Assembly (NCBI RefSeq): GCF_006345805.1 | Contig: NC_042997.1 | Location: forward strand, 3,720,001-3,784,000 | Direction of reading: 5' to 3' | DNA length: 64,000 bases | DNA from: Octopus sinensis | Taxonomy: Eukaryota | In this document: one piece after another, positions 1 through 13,277 of the stretch | Position numbering within the stretch: position 1 is the first letter of the stretch | Layout: each line of letters opens with the position of its first letter | Notes under the pieces: generated by a model | What the model saw: the letters and a program-made list of their open reading frames with translations, nothing else | Database searches by the model: none | What the model was told of the DNA's origin: nothing | Program-made: the position numbers and the translations under genes

Positions 1-329
1 ATTCGTATGTTATCATTGATTTTGTACATTTGTTCTTGCTGGTCTTGCATTTGCTGTTGCATTAGTTATGGTAATATAAATATTGATAGATACTAGTAGG
101 GAATAAAAGGATCTCGGTATAGTCGGAAAACTGTGTAGTGGTAGTCACGTAATATTTCGAAAGTTAAAAGTCAAGCAATATTAGCCAATTAGCCTCATCT
201 GCCAGGTAAAATAATAAAAAAGTGGAGTCTGACGAGAGACTATATTGAGGACACTGCTGTACATTGACTTGTCCCGAACTATACTGATCATTACACGCTA
301 TAGCTATGTACATGATACCAAATCGTCAA

Positions 330-900
330 AGTTGATAGAGAACATAGAAATGCTATACTCATCAAACACAGTTTAAACACTATATGCAAATGGGTTGAAG
401 GAAATAATATGAAAATTTAATGCTAAAATATTGTACACTCTCCGCTAATATTGCACAAAGATTTATGCATGGAGACAAAATTCACTGAGCCAGGATCTAG
501 TAAAATCCCAGAGTCAAAATCAAAATCAATATATTACTTTAGTATTGGCATGATAAATCAAAATGATACACATCTTATTAAGATGACAAGGAAATGTAGA
601 TCGCTAGCTTAATAGTTTCTAAGATCTTTCAGAACAAAAGAGTAGGAAAGCATAATCGTCTCCGGAGAAAATTTTTCGTCAGCCGTCTGGATTATTCGTC
701 ACCGTTGAAGTCACCACATTATGTATAATAAATCTAAAGTAATGTATCAACTCCGGAAAACTTGAAAAAGTTTAAACTCTGCTCCCGAAAGCAAACACAA
801 GAAAGTTATACAGTTCTAATATCTCGAGACTTCTGGAAAGGCATGCACAAAGATTAGGCATTGAAAGCTATGCTACTCATCAAACAGGTCGTCACAGCAT
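330..900 (+). mobile_element. Degraded CR1/L2/Jockey-type LINE, RT C-terminal remnant
   Basis: Translates with frameshifts to LNTICKWVEGNNMK(FNAK) at ~374-425 and SRLDYSSPLKSPH from 681, matching the W..NNMKFN and SRLDYCS.VWSP motifs of this LINE group. Boundaries approximate. Confidence 0.55.
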
Positions 901-942
901 CGTGCTAAAAATCTTATCTTTTACATTCAGATTTATAACCAG

Positions 943-1230
943 TTAGAGCAATGTCATCTCACAGATCTTTAGTATCCTATGAAACGACCTAGAAGAGTCA
1001 TATGGAATGAATATAAATATTTTCAAAATTCTATTTGGAATTCTACTTAGCAGTGACAGAAACACTTGGGAGTTGTAACTTCGATCTCTCTTCTTCGCCA
1101 AATGCAAACTACAAAAAAAACAGAAGCTCAGCAAAAGTGTGGCATCACAAATGGATTTCTCCCGGCCTGGTAGCAGCTTACGGGTTGATTTACGTAAAGG
1201 ATTAAAACAATAATAACTTGACATTTCATT
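943..1230 (-). pseudogene. Possible decayed Cys-rich (multiple-EGF-like) coding fragment
   Basis: Minus frames give LLPGREKSICDAT..FCFFCSLH and PKCFCHC*, resembling GC.PG..G..C and KC.CHC EGF-like repeats. Stops and frameshifts present; judged by eye. Confidence 0.3.
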
Positions 1231-2585
1231 ACTGAAGATTCATAGTTTCAAACTTATTAAAAGTCATAATTGTCTAATACACAAAGAAGCTTCATACACT
1301 ACGTCTAATGAATATGCTGCTTCTTGAATATCTACCAAAAACACGTAGTAATATATCCATTCTAGAGTGTAAAATTTCATTCGTGCCTCTATTTTTCAAC
1401 AGCCTTTTAAATTATGACGTGTAGAAAACATGTGTAATGCCTCGAGATATATTTAGGGAGAGGTGTGTTGTTTTTGTTGGTTTTTTTAAAGAAAGTTATA
1501 TTAGTGAAATCCATATAATTAAATCTCTAGGAAAATAAGCATAACAATGTTGAATGGATTTTAATTAAGAAAGAAACGCATGGAATGGAATGTATATGAC
1601 AGAAGATATATAAAAACGTTGAACAATTAAATATCAAAATACATACAGAAACTCAGTAGTTATGAAGTTTAAATGTTCAAGAAACAGAATGGAAACGAGA
1701 GAAAGCGTTGTCATGTTAACAATAATGATTTTTATCAAAATTCCTTTCCACATATCTATTTCTTGTAATTATGTTTACTTAGGATCTTCATATGGGAGTG
1801 ATGGACTCTGGGAATTTGTTAAATTCCAAATATCTTATATTTAGTTTGCGGGTATGAGGTTCAATCTGAAGCAGATTTAGCATTAAGGAGTTTGTACCTA
1901 GTGAATTGCCTGAAGAGATAGGCACAATAGTAATAAAGATAGCGCTTTTTGGAAAAAATAGAGAAAAGTAATATTTACGCTCATTTTAAGCTAATAATCG
2001 TTAAGTATGCTTGCACGTATATATACTTATATCTGTCTATTTATATCAAATATCCATATACTTCTGTAGATATCTGTGTGTGAGTGTCTCTACGAAATGG
2101 ATGTTGTAATAAAATATACAGCATGAATTGGTAATACAATTAAAACAAAACCGTACAACACAGGATGCTCGAATTTTTCAACAAAGATATGTCTAGGAAA
2201 TAGATTTCGCATTAGCATTCGTAAAATATTGTTATTAAATATTATCCCAATAAATGGAAAGCAAATAGATAGGTGCTATACATTGATAGAGAACCCAGCT
2301 GCTTAGCTTCAATATAGAAAATAATTAATAGATTACTTAAGTAAAATCACAGTATATCATTAGTTAAAACTATATTTGCTGAAACTATGTAGTATTTTGA
2401 TAAAAATAAGAACTCATATATCACAAGCAAATCATGAGATCTTGAAATTGAAATCATCCATCATTCCAAATACAATATAAATATATGTTCCATTAAATAA
2501 AAATTGCGTGAAATTTAACAATTATCTCTAAATTATATTTAGAAGCCATAGGATCCACAATACATGAAAACGTAATTCATTGTAT

Positions 2586-2750
2586 GGAATGTACCTCCTG
2601 CCTACACAGTGGCAAAATATTGTCGAATATGTTAATGCTAGAAAGTAGGGTGCTGTCCAAAAAAGGACGCCACATGATTTGAAAAGCTCAAACCATATCA
2701 GAACACACGCCGGTCACACTTCCCCGACCTTAAATAGATCAAATGAATTA
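2586..2750 (-). pseudogene. Possible decayed EGF-like/transmembrane exon
   Basis: GSVTGVCSD (cf. C..VTG.C..GC) followed in another frame by the hydrophobic KSCGVLFWTAPYFLALTYSTIFCHCVGRR, ending at a GAG/GTACA donor-like site. Confidence 0.3.
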
Positions 2751-4604
2751 GATAATGTATAATTAATATTAAAAAATTGTACCTGACGATAAATGCTAGA
2801 AAGAATATGATTGTATGTCTCTTTCCTTATAAAGTGACTTGCCCTACGTTCAGCAAAATTTAAGATAATTAATATCTAGCGTGTAATATTCGTGCTTATC
2901 AAGTAAAAGAAATACTGTATTTGATATTCTTTTGCAAATAACTGCTTAGTGTAATTAATCTAATTCGCATAGTGGGCGAGATACTATATGATTGAAATAT
3001 GTTACTTAGAGTACGATATTTCTCTGTTGTTGACATGCAATATGAGTTGTGAATATAAAAAAAAAACATAAAACTTTGTATACATGAACAACATTTGAAT
3101 AAGCATTAGTCATGTTTAGAAAAAAATTTTCTTGCTTTTATCGGAAGGAATTTGATGCACCAGTGGTTTTTACTAGTAGCAAGTCATCGATAAAAGGGAA
3201 AAGTGCAGTTGCTGTGTTCCGGTAAAACAAAAGCAGCTATGACTCCATTCTCGTAGGCTTTTGGTCTTAGAGTACTCTCCACTGATGGTGTGGCCCTTTT
3301 AAAAGTAGTCAATAAAGACAATGTCTTTTCTATCCCCCAAATCTGATTCCATCGCCTTTCCTGGAGATAAAACGACATCGACCTGCTTTGAAGCAAATGA
3401 GGTAGTGTGTTTCGACCGCATAAACGGTCTAATTTATTCTAGCTGAAAGTGATGAAACCAGCACTCATCATAGTTTTGGAGATGTTGTTGGAAATCTGAT
3501 GAATCTACTTGAAACAATGTTAAGTTCTTCTGTGTTGTGACTAGCCTGGTGTGGCTTTGATTAGTTGTTTGAAACCTTCAGTATGCAACGTTCATTGTGC
3601 AGAATATTCTCAACCCTCTCGCAGGTTATGTTGATTGGTTTGGTTATTTGAAATATATTCAAACGCCTGCCACACATTACCATGTGTGGAACATTGTTAA
3701 TCTTTTCTTTGGTTGTGGTAGGTTCAGGATGTTCATACTGAGAACAATTTTCGGAAGTATCCCCCTACACACGTAAATTCAAATATCCGCTTTAGCACTG
3801 TTGATTATGCTGGAATGTCTTCCCCTAATGTAGTAACCATTAACGATAGCATGAATGTCCTTATCTGCAAAATCTTTTTTCTGCTTTGACTTATTAACAC
3901 CATGATAACAATTTTGTTCATTTTCAGGAGAATTCGCTTTTGTTTCTATAAATTCCTTGAACAGCTAGATATCTGTTAACCTGTAAAAATGCAATACTAT
4001 TTTTAATAAGAGTTGAAAATTTGCATTCAAGAATCCTCACTCCTTGATAGTCAGCTTATGCAATTTCCATCTCACCCTCGTATAATCTTGTAACTTTAAT
4101 TGATCACATTTTTTCTTATGTTACAATTATCAATTCATCTTTAATAACAAACATAAATAAACAGTAAAATGACAAATATGAACTATAATTAAAACCGTTT
4201 CTGCGCGAAAATTCCATATATTCTGAATAACATTCAAGCCAAAACTAAACCTAGAAAATCATATTTCAACTTGTGAAGCAATATACGAAACAACTTTTAC
4301 CACATGTTCAACTTAAGCGTAAACATAAAAGAAAAGCAAAGGCAACATCTTTCCGCTACAAAATGACGCAGCAGGCATGTATAAACTATACTCGTTCTCC
4401 TGGAGCACATATACTTGTCAACACAATTCATCAATTATTCATCGTTTTTAATAGGTTATATTCAGCAATCACTACGAAATATATATTAAACCTCCCAACA
4501 TTTGATTTATAACTATGTTACTTTGCTTGTAAGATTTATCTCGTTCCTTATGCCATAATATTAAACTAACCGTTTGCATCTTTTATATTTGAAATACTAC
4601 TAGT

Positions 4605-4775
4605 CGTCATCATCATTAATCCTCCTTCCTTCTTCTCTTACTCCTCATATTTCTCTTTCACTTCTTCCCTTCTTTTTCTTCTCGTCTTCTCTTCCAACTA
4701 CTCTTCCTCTTGAATTTTCTCCTCCTTCCCTTCCCTTTCTTCTTCCCATCATCGTCTTCCTTCTGCTTCTCATTT
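4605..4775. repeat. Degenerate pyrimidine-rich (CTT/CT)n low-complexity tract
   Basis: Direct reading: cttccttcttctctt...cttcttcccatc. Confidence 0.8.
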
Positions 4776-5300
4776 CCCTAGTTTATTACCTTAATTTATT
4801 TCGTTTCAGAAAGCTGAATATTGATGGCGTATAAATAAAATTGTTTTCTGAACTGTGTTTTCCTTGTGTGTGTCTGATACTTAATTTCAAGTCTATGATT
4901 CGACTAACTCCCTATTATCTCAGTATCTAACATCATATTAATTGCTATCTTTGCTTTCTTCACTTCTGTTTCCATATTCGGGATCGTTCTATATGTAATT
5001 TCCGATCAGTATGCCCAGTGAATATACAGAATTTATATACTTACATTCGTTGCTGTTTATAATTTGAATCCATTCATACACACATTAATGCTGATTTTCC
5101 TTCCCTAATTTTATACACGACTTCATTCAGAGTAAATCAAAATAGGCTCTGAATGTCTTAAAGCCAGATAAAATAAGGCAAAATAATTAACACAGGGATT
5201 CAACCCAGTATAGGTATCATCAAAATTATTCAATATGAAACTAATTATTTCCTGCTCAAAATCTTCGGTTATGCATTCACAGATCGGTCATTGTCCTCAC

Positions 5301-5700
5301 CAACAGAATGAGCCAGTACACCATCCATCAGGACATTTTACTATATTTTAATGATAGCCTTCCATGCTATAGCCATCCATTAAATTGCCACGTGCATTTG
5401 CTTTACGACTTCTTTAATCCTGTGGATAAAATGTTTGCTCCTCTGTTATGCTATTAAAGTGATATTTATGACTCAAACAGAAAGTCTTATAATATTACGT
5501 CTTGTATATACGCTGCCTAATATAGAAGTATCGGATATATTTTTCATTACTTTCACTTTCATTTTATTAGAGTCTTCGTCATATGGATATGTAATCCCTT
5601 AAAAGTATTCAGTTGCAGCATATATTATTTTATATACATTCCCCCGTCACTGTTACTGCCGTCTATTACCTATCGTCCAATAATATTCTACTTGTGTGAT
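5301..5700 (-). pseudogene. Possible decayed EGF-like exons
   Basis: 5301-5419 is bounded by ttttatccacAG and GTGAGG and encodes fragments KCTWQ and KCPDGWCTGSFC; VTVTGECI lies near 5600-5620. No frame is fully open. Confidence 0.3.
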
Positions 5701-5995
5701 TATGGTTCAGTATTTTAACTTTATTTGTTCTTGGAATAACAGTATTGGGCATGAAGTCGACGCTTTTGTGTCGAATAATTGGTTGATGCTTTTCATAACA
5801 ACTGATCTAGCAACATTCAGTGGCGATATCTTTCCTTGCTGGAGCGTCTTTTTATTATATGTTATACTTCTGTAATGTTCGTTTCCCATCAAATGTTGTA
5901 CACCTGTGTTGAATAATTTGAACTCTATATTTGTTTTCTAATATCTCTATTTTAATGCGGATATACTGCTTTTATATTACATGATTCTTATAAGA

Positions 5996-6213
5996 TGGCG
6001 AGCATGCAGAAACGTTAGCACGCCACGCCGGGCGAAATTCTTAGCGGATTTTCCTCTGTCATTACGTTCTGCGTTCAAATTCCGCCAAGGTCAACTTTTC
6101 ATTTCATGCTTTCGGGATCGATAAATTAAGTACCAGTTGCGTAGTGGGAATGATCTATTCGACTGGTTCCCTCCCCCAAACTTTCGGTTCTTGTGCTTAG
6201 AGTAGAACAGATT
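5996..6213 (+). mobile_element. tRNA-derived SINE, family A
   Basis: B-box-like GTTCAAATTCC followed by ctttcat(g)ctttcgggatcgataaattaagtacc core; homologous copies at ~17820, ~19025 and ~42068. Confidence 0.8.
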
Positions 6214-6856
6214 ACATGATTCTTACTACTGATATTTATGTGCGTCATCTATTTCGAAATACCACGAGGCCTATGTTTGCCCATTTCAATGAAGTTTATT
6301 TTCTATCTTTAATTTTCAACATATATCTCATCCTTAAACAATCCTCACATGATCCATAAAAAAATTCTGCATCACCAATAGCATGTAAACCTATTCACAA
6401 ACGAATGAACACAACTAACCATTACGATAAGTATACATTCGAAAACCAGTCTGCAAAGTACGCACAACAAAAAAAAAGATGAATATAAAACCAAAAATTT
6501 CCGAATATAAAGACATATAGAAACGTCTTCACTGATCTGTAGGTTGTAACTTTACTGATTTTAATTTTTTAAATATTTCCATCTGTAGATTATTATCATA
6601 TTACTAATGTACATGTTTACAATGATCTATTCAATAATCTTCCACAGATTTTCATTTGATCAAAATTATTTATTCATTTTTTCTGGTTTAATCACAGTTT
6701 TACACTTTATATTTGGTTTAATTTCTATTTTTTATTTACATGTGTAATATGTATTGTTATATTTTGCCTGGTAAAATTTGCAACGTTTAAATGTTTGTCG
6801 TAGGCTCCTTGATAATTATTTACAATTGTGTTGAGCAGCAAAAGCGAGGCTATATA

Positions 6857-8133
6857 TTGGGTTGACAACTACGTACCCACCGTTTTTTAAATTTTAGAAT
6901 ATATTGCGTTTTTAAAACTTGGAATCTATTTTTTTCGAGAATTCTAATTTTCAATCATTTCGAAATCTGTTTTTTTATCCTGTTAATTTTGGTTAATTTC
7001 TGTTCATTTTCAGATCAATAAAATGGAATGTGAAGTTAAGAAAAACGAGCATTTTCCAAACCTTCTTTTTGCTTTTTCTCTAGGTTCTAAGGCCGCAAAA
7101 GCTGCTCGTGACATTTCTGCTGTGTATGAAGAGGGTGCCATACATGAAAGAACCACTCGGAATTATGTATGCCACGTTAAAAAATGACAATTTTGACCTC
7201 AAAGACGCACCTCGTTCTGGCCAGCCAGTTGAGTTCGATGAAGAGCGATTAAACCAACTTTTGCACGAAAATTCTCGTCAAACGACAAGGGAACTGGCAG
7301 AGAAAATGGGATGTTCCCACACTGCTGTAGAGAAGAATCTTCACTCGATGGGAAAGGTCCAGAAGTATGGAGCATGTGTTCCGCAGGCTTTATGTGACAA
7401 CTACAAAAATCAACGAGCCGCAATCTCCGCTGGTTTGGTTGCTCGTCACCGCTGAAGTCATGGACAAAAGCAACGATTTCTTTACCGAATCGTTACTGGC
7501 GACGATACATCAATATGATGCAGCGTAAGTAATGGATTAGCCCCGTTAAAAAGGCGACACCGCGTGTGAAACAAGATTTTCATCCGCATAAAAGGTTATT
7601 GTGCGTATGGTGGGATTGGGAAGGGATTATCCATTACGAATTGCTTGAAAGGAACCAAACGGTCAACGCGGAACTCTATGCCCAACAGATGGAACAACTC
7701 AATACGGCTAGTCAAGAGAAAAGGCCAAATCGGCAGCATGAAGTTCTGCTCCACGACAACGCCCGCCCTGATATCACCAATATGACCAAGGAAGCCATTC
7801 AAACGCATGCCTGGGAAGTGCTGCGACACTCGTCGTACTGTCCTGATTTGGCACCAATGGATTTCTACCTCTTTCGATCTCTTTCAAATGCTATGCGCGG
7901 AGTTTCGTTCAATACTAATGTAGAATTGAGAGCTTGGTTGGATCAGTTTTTCGGGTCGATATCTGGTGATTTCTATCTAACAACGAAGTATTGAAAATCT
8001 TGTTGAATGTTGGGAAGAAGTTGTAAACAACAAGGGTGAATACATTATTGATTAATTAGTTGTTATTTTTTATTAAACCTTTAAAATAATTTAAATAAAA
8101 AAAAAAACGGCGGGAACTTAGTTGCCAACCCAA
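6857..8133 (+). mobile_element. Near full-length mariner (DD34D) DNA transposon; transposase inactivated
   Basis: ~31-bp imperfect TIRs (ttgggttgacaactacgtacccaccgttttt / ttgggttggcaactaagttcccgccgttttt), TA on the left side, 1277 bp. Motifs: CVPQAL (WVPHEL-like), RIVTGD, HDNARP, YCPDLAPMDFYLF. ORF split into 7108-7455 and 7566-7994. Confidence 0.95.
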
Positions 8134-9566
8134 CAGTAAGAAGTTTGCTTTCCATCCACATGGCAACGTGTTCAGTCCCTCTGCGTTGCATATTGGGCAA
8201 TAGTTTCCGAAATATTTTCTTTAGCATCATCGATAAAATCCAAACCTGGGTAAAGCTGCCAAAATATTATTTTCATCCTTAACTTTCCTACGAAAAACGA
8301 TACGTTTAATATTTGTTCCTCCAAAAACTTTTATCTAAATCAAAATATGGTAGAAACGTATTCAAGAAGGCTTATGTAAACGGAAAATGTCGATGTCACA
8401 TGTCATGAATATTAGAAGTTCTGTGCTTTCACAATTTCATTTCGCAAAGCTATCACTGTTCGTGGAGATGTTAAATTTTGTTAGTGTATGTTTTATGGTA
8501 TAAAGTAACAAACACACCAATATTTGGTTGTCCGTTTCTAATTTCCTACGGAGGCAAAATTTACCTATTTTCATTTAAGTTGACCAAATTCGTCTGTAAG
8601 ACCATTATTATTTCTCGGATGTTCTTCTTATGACAAAGTTTTGGGAATGGATTTCGTAGGGGGAAACTAAAAGGAAAATCCGTATACATACATACATGCA
8701 TATATACATAAATACATTCATACATACCTATATCTAAGTGTGTGCGTGTGCACATGTGTGTTTGTGTATGTGTGTGAGTGTGTATGAGATTCTCTTTGAC
8801 CCACATCACCGCTGGACAGCCGTTGTCGGTTTGTTTATATCCTTCAATCTAGCAGTTCAGGGAAAGCAATCGATAATGTAATCACCTAACATAAAATAAA
8901 AAAATAATAACACAAATATATCTCTTTCATTTTTATATATTTCCTTTCTTTGGCCTAGATTTTAAGTTGCTTTCATTATATTATATCAGAGATCAACGGC
9001 TAAGCTAACTGATGATACACGAATTTGATTCTTCCATTTTCCCTATTATACACAAAGGAAATGAAAATTAGGCGTTCTGTTTTATTAAGCGTGGGCCAAA
9101 TTGAAAAAACATTACATATGTATTGATTTTTCTTTTGCATATGGTTCTCTGGTGTGCCAAATGTTAGTCAGTCATTTTTTAGCAGTTATGGTATTATGGA
9201 ACATACGCACTTCCCGTAATCTGTATTTAACAGCAAAGTGTACATTGAAATATTATATAATGCATAAAACATTATCTTCGCAGTAGATAATCAATGTGTA
9301 ATATACAAGTTTACTTCCAAAATGTTCAGATATTCTTCGTTTATTTTAACTCTGTGAGTAATGTAGCTCATGCATACATACATATATTGAAACATACAAA
9401 CATACATATATACACACGCACACACATATAAACTTATAGATGTAACATTCATTTTATATATCCCAACATCACATTATAAAGAGCTGTATAACGTGTCCGA
9501 TTTTGTAGTCACACGAACGTATTAGAGAAAACAACGCTATTCCACCTCAGAAATTAAATATAAAAA

Positions 9567-9767
<201 letters not shown>

Positions 9768-11593
9768 TGACGCGCAGTACGGGTATAAAATGTTTGATAA
9801 AAATATAAATCATCTCGTTTACATGGATGATTTAAAGCTTTTTGCAAAAAATGATCAACAACTCAAGGGCTTACTAGCGATAGTCAAACAATTCAGTGAC
9901 GACATCAGAATGCAATTCGGCCTCGATAAATGTGCAAAGGCTACCTTTATCAAAGGAAAAATGACAGAAACATCTAACGTTAACCTTGACCAACAGAATG
10001 TCATAAAAGAACTAGACCCAGCGGAGAGCTACAAGTACCTAGGGGTAATTGAAGGGAACGGAATAAGGCATTCAGAGATGAAGGAAAGGATCAGGAGTGA
10101 ATGCTATCGAAGAGTGAGAGCAATACTCAAGACAGAGCTGAATGCAAGAAACAGGATCGAAGCAATCAATGCATTAGCTATACCAGTCGTGACTTACAGT
10201 TTCAATATTGTTAACTGGTCAATTACTGAAATATGTCAGCTCGACAGAAAAATAAGGAAACTGTTGACAATGCATAGAATGCACCACCCTAAGGCAGATA
10301 CAGAACGACTCTATCTGCCAAGAAAAGAGGGAGGCCGTGGTCTTTTGCAACTGGCAATAACAATGAAGATTGCTACAATTGGCCTAGACACCTACCTGAA
10401 AAACTCTGAGGACTGGATGTTAAAACTTGTCTCAAAACATGAAAACAAGAAAGCATCATACTCAGTCACAAAACAGGCAAAGGAATATCTAAGTGAATTC
10501 CGAATACAACCAATTTCGGAATTAGAGATAGACATACAAGAAACAAGCACAGAAAAAGCTAGGCGCATGAAAACCCGTGCCAAAACTGCGGCCTTAGATA
10601 TTCTGAATAATAAATGGCAAGAAAAACCTGTCTATGGCAAATACCCAAAGAGAGCGAATAATGCAGATATCGACAAAGCCCTGACCCATCAATGGCTAAT
10701 GGCCTCTGGCTTAAAATCTGAAACAGAGGGGTTTATCATAGCAGCTCAAGATCAATGCTTACCAACAAGAAACTACCAGGCCAACATATTAAAGATCAGA
10801 AGCAGTCCAACGTGTCGTGTATGCAAGCAACAAAATGAAACCATTGACCATGTGGTCTCCAAGTGCAGTCTTCTAGCGCCTACAGAGTATCTCAACAGGC
10901 ACGATAGAGCTGCACAATATATTCACTGGGTAATCTGTAAAAACCTGGATTTGCCCCATGAAAAAAACTGGTGGGAACACAAACCACCCCCAGTGCTTGA
11001 AAATGACCACATCTCACTCCTCTGGAACTTCACCATTCAAACTGACAGGAAGATAGATGCAAATAGGCCAGACATCATATTGAAAGACTTCAAACAAAGA
11101 ACATGCCTCCTCATTGATATGACTGTCCCAATCGATATAAACGTATCTGTCAGGACCTACCAAAAACTGAGCAAATATAAAGATCTTGAAATAGAAATCA
11201 GCAAAATGTGGAAGCTGAAGACTAAAACAATACCTGTTGTCATAGGTGCCCTGGGAATGATAGCAAAAGGGGCTGATAGCTACCTAACTCAGATACCAGG
11301 AAACCCAAAAATGGCAGAAGTTCAAAAGATAGTGCTCATGGGAACTGCTCATATCCTACGCAAAATACTCTCTATGTAACCTCAAGGTTTAAAACAACCA
11401 TAATTTTCGGTTTAAAAAAAAAAAAAAAAAAAACTTTTTTTTTAGACATTCATTAGTACAACATCCCCACCCCCCAAATATATGGCACACTAGGCATAAC
11501 AACAACATGAACTTCCAGCCCTGTTGTCTCTTGAGGTCTCTGGGTGAGACTTGGAGCCAACTTGTACAAATATAAAGCAAAAGTCAAATATAG
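9768..11593 (+). mobile_element. R4/Dong-like RLE LINE, family B, 5'-truncated young copy
   Basis: Flanked by (AAT)n on both sides; carries the ORF below plus a ~210-bp 3' UTR ending aagcaaaagtcaaatatag. Confidence 0.92.
9790..11379 (+). CDS. Uninterrupted C-terminal half of LINE ORF (RT domains 5-7, CCHC finger, restriction-like endonuclease), 529 aa
   Basis: YMDDLKLFAK, YKYLG, GGRGL, CRVC..ETIDHVVSKC, RHD, RPDIILKD..LLIDMTVP..QKLSKYKDL. Start is a truncation point, so this is not a complete protein. Confidence 0.85.
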   Translation: MFDKNINHLVYMDDLKLFAKNDQQLKGLLAIVKQFSDDIRMQFGLDKCAKATFIKGKMTETSNVNLDQQNVIKELDPAESYKYLGVIEGNGIRHSEMKERIRSECYRRVRAILKTELNARNRIEAINALAIPVVTYSFNIVNWSITEICQLDRKIRKLLTMHRMHHPKADTERLYLPRKEGGRGLLQLAITMKIATIGLDTYLKNSEDWMLKLVSKHENKKASYSVTKQAKEYLSEFRIQPISELEIDIQETSTEKARRMKTRAKTAALDILNNKWQEKPVYGKYPKRANNADIDKALTHQWLMASGLKSETEGFIIAAQDQCLPTRNYQANILKIRSSPTCRVCKQQNETIDHVVSKCSLLAPTEYLNRHDRAAQYIHWVICKNLDLPHEKNWWEHKPPPVLENDHISLLWNFTIQTDRKIDANRPDIILKDFKQRTCLLIDMTVPIDINVSVRTYQKLSKYKDLEIEISKMWKLKTKTIPVVIGALGMIAKGADSYLTQIPGNPKMAEVQKIVLMGTAHILRKILSM

Positions 11594-11620
11594 AATAATA
11601 ATAATAATATTAATAATAAT

Positions 11621-11921
11621 AAAGGGACTGATTGCTACCTAACTCAGATACCAGGAAACTCCAAAATGGCAGAAATTCAAAAGATAGTGCACATGGGAAC
11701 TGCTCATATCCTACGGAAAATACTCTCTATGTAATCCCAAGGTTTAAAACAAACTTTTTTTTTATGTATTAGACATTCACTAGTACAACACCAAAAATAA
11801 ACCCAAATATATGGCACACTAGGCATAACAACAACGTGAACTTCCAACCTGTTGTCTCTTGAGGTCTCTGGGTGAGACGTGGAGCCAACTTGTACATACA
11901 TAAAGCAAAAGTCAAACATAG
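11621..11921 (+). mobile_element. Short 3'-end copy of family B LINE in tandem behind the previous element
   Basis: Repeats ORF end and 3' UTR of 11327-11593 with several substitutions/indels; separated by (AAT)n and followed by (AAT)n. Confidence 0.9.
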
Positions 11922-12444
11922 AATAATAATAATAATAATAATAATAAATGCTCTGATGCAGTACCAGACAGTGGATCTCATGGCTTGGTATAAAAGATGG
12001 GCTACAGCAAATAATCTGCTCAGTACCACAGATATACTTATCAGTTGTTTGACCATCAACAGTTGTTTAGTGGCTGACGATAGGTGCATCCCTGATCACG
12101 AGCAGTGGGAGTGGGGGAGAATCATAGCCGTGCGTTGACAGGGATTCTTTCGGGTTTGGATAATTCACCTCTGGAAACATGGTGTTTCGCTTAACATCCT
12201 TACACAAACCTTATTCAGGGACCTTTTGAAAGGTGTGGGTAACTCCACCAGAAGAAAATTCTTACTGGGCCCCACCTGCAAGGTCATGAGCTGTTTATCT
12301 GAGATCACCATGTCACGCACATATGGTTGTGATGCATGTGCCTGGTGTAGCCATATCAGAATGGTTGTCATGATGGGTATACTGGGCTTCGTATATTTTT
12401 GCCCAGTGTCACTTTGATGGCATGCACTGCTCTCTCACTCACTC

Positions 12445-12515
<71 letters not shown>

Positions 12516-12777
12516 TAATAATAGTCATTATGATAATAATAATAATGGTAATAACGATAATAATGATAATAATAATAACAATAATAATAATAATTTATTT
12601 AAACATCATAATAGTAATAGTTACGAATATTTATTACTTTCAGTATAATTATCATCACCATCGTCATCATCATAATCATCATCTTCTTCTTCATTATCAT
12701 CATCATCATCACCATCCTCCTCCTCCTCATCATCATCACCATCATCATAATTATTATCATTACTATTACTATTATTA

Positions 12778-12866
<89 letters not shown>

Positions 12867-12900
12867 TTTATCATCATCATCATTATCATCATTATTATCA
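12445..12900. repeat. Compound microsatellite: (AAT)n, ~55-bp spacer, then (CAT/CCT/ATT)n of opposite polarity
   Basis: Direct reading. Confidence 0.9.
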
Positions 12901-13143
12901 TTCTGATTCAAGGACAACATGCGAGACAGAGTGACAGGTAGTATATCGATGAATTTATGCATGTGCACGAAGAATTTCAATTTTCTATTTAATATCATGC
13001 ATATTTGATCTACTTCTTATGATATGCAAATCATTGACTCTGCATTAAATATTTGCTTATGTGCCGGATCATGATGATGCACTCTAATTTCCCTGTGCAA
13101 TCACATACCTTCATTCTGATGAATGCATAGATACATATAGATG

Positions 13144-13223
<80 letters not shown>

Positions 13224-13277
13224 ATATATATATAATATATATATATATATATTTATATGTATGTATATATATATATA

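Noticed and set aside
960-1030. PYDSSR in the minus ORF 943-1224, like the tyrosine phosphatase KNRY..PYD.SRV motif
   Set aside because: KNRY and all downstream PTP motifs (DYINA, WPD, HCSAG) are absent; probably chance.
3400-3445. GACCG-loop-CGGTC-GAAAC hairpin on the minus strand resembling hammerhead stem II
   Set aside because: No CUGANGA upstream and no GUH cleavage triplet downstream.
3184-3980. Coding-like minus-strand segment behind a strong acceptor (tttttacAG at 3981)
   Set aside because: All frames close quickly and no recognisable domain was found; may be a terminal exon or pseudo-exon but cannot be supported.
5860-5905. CTTFDGKR resembling the start of a VWD domain
   Set aside because: No preceding GDPHY, and a stop follows within eight codons.
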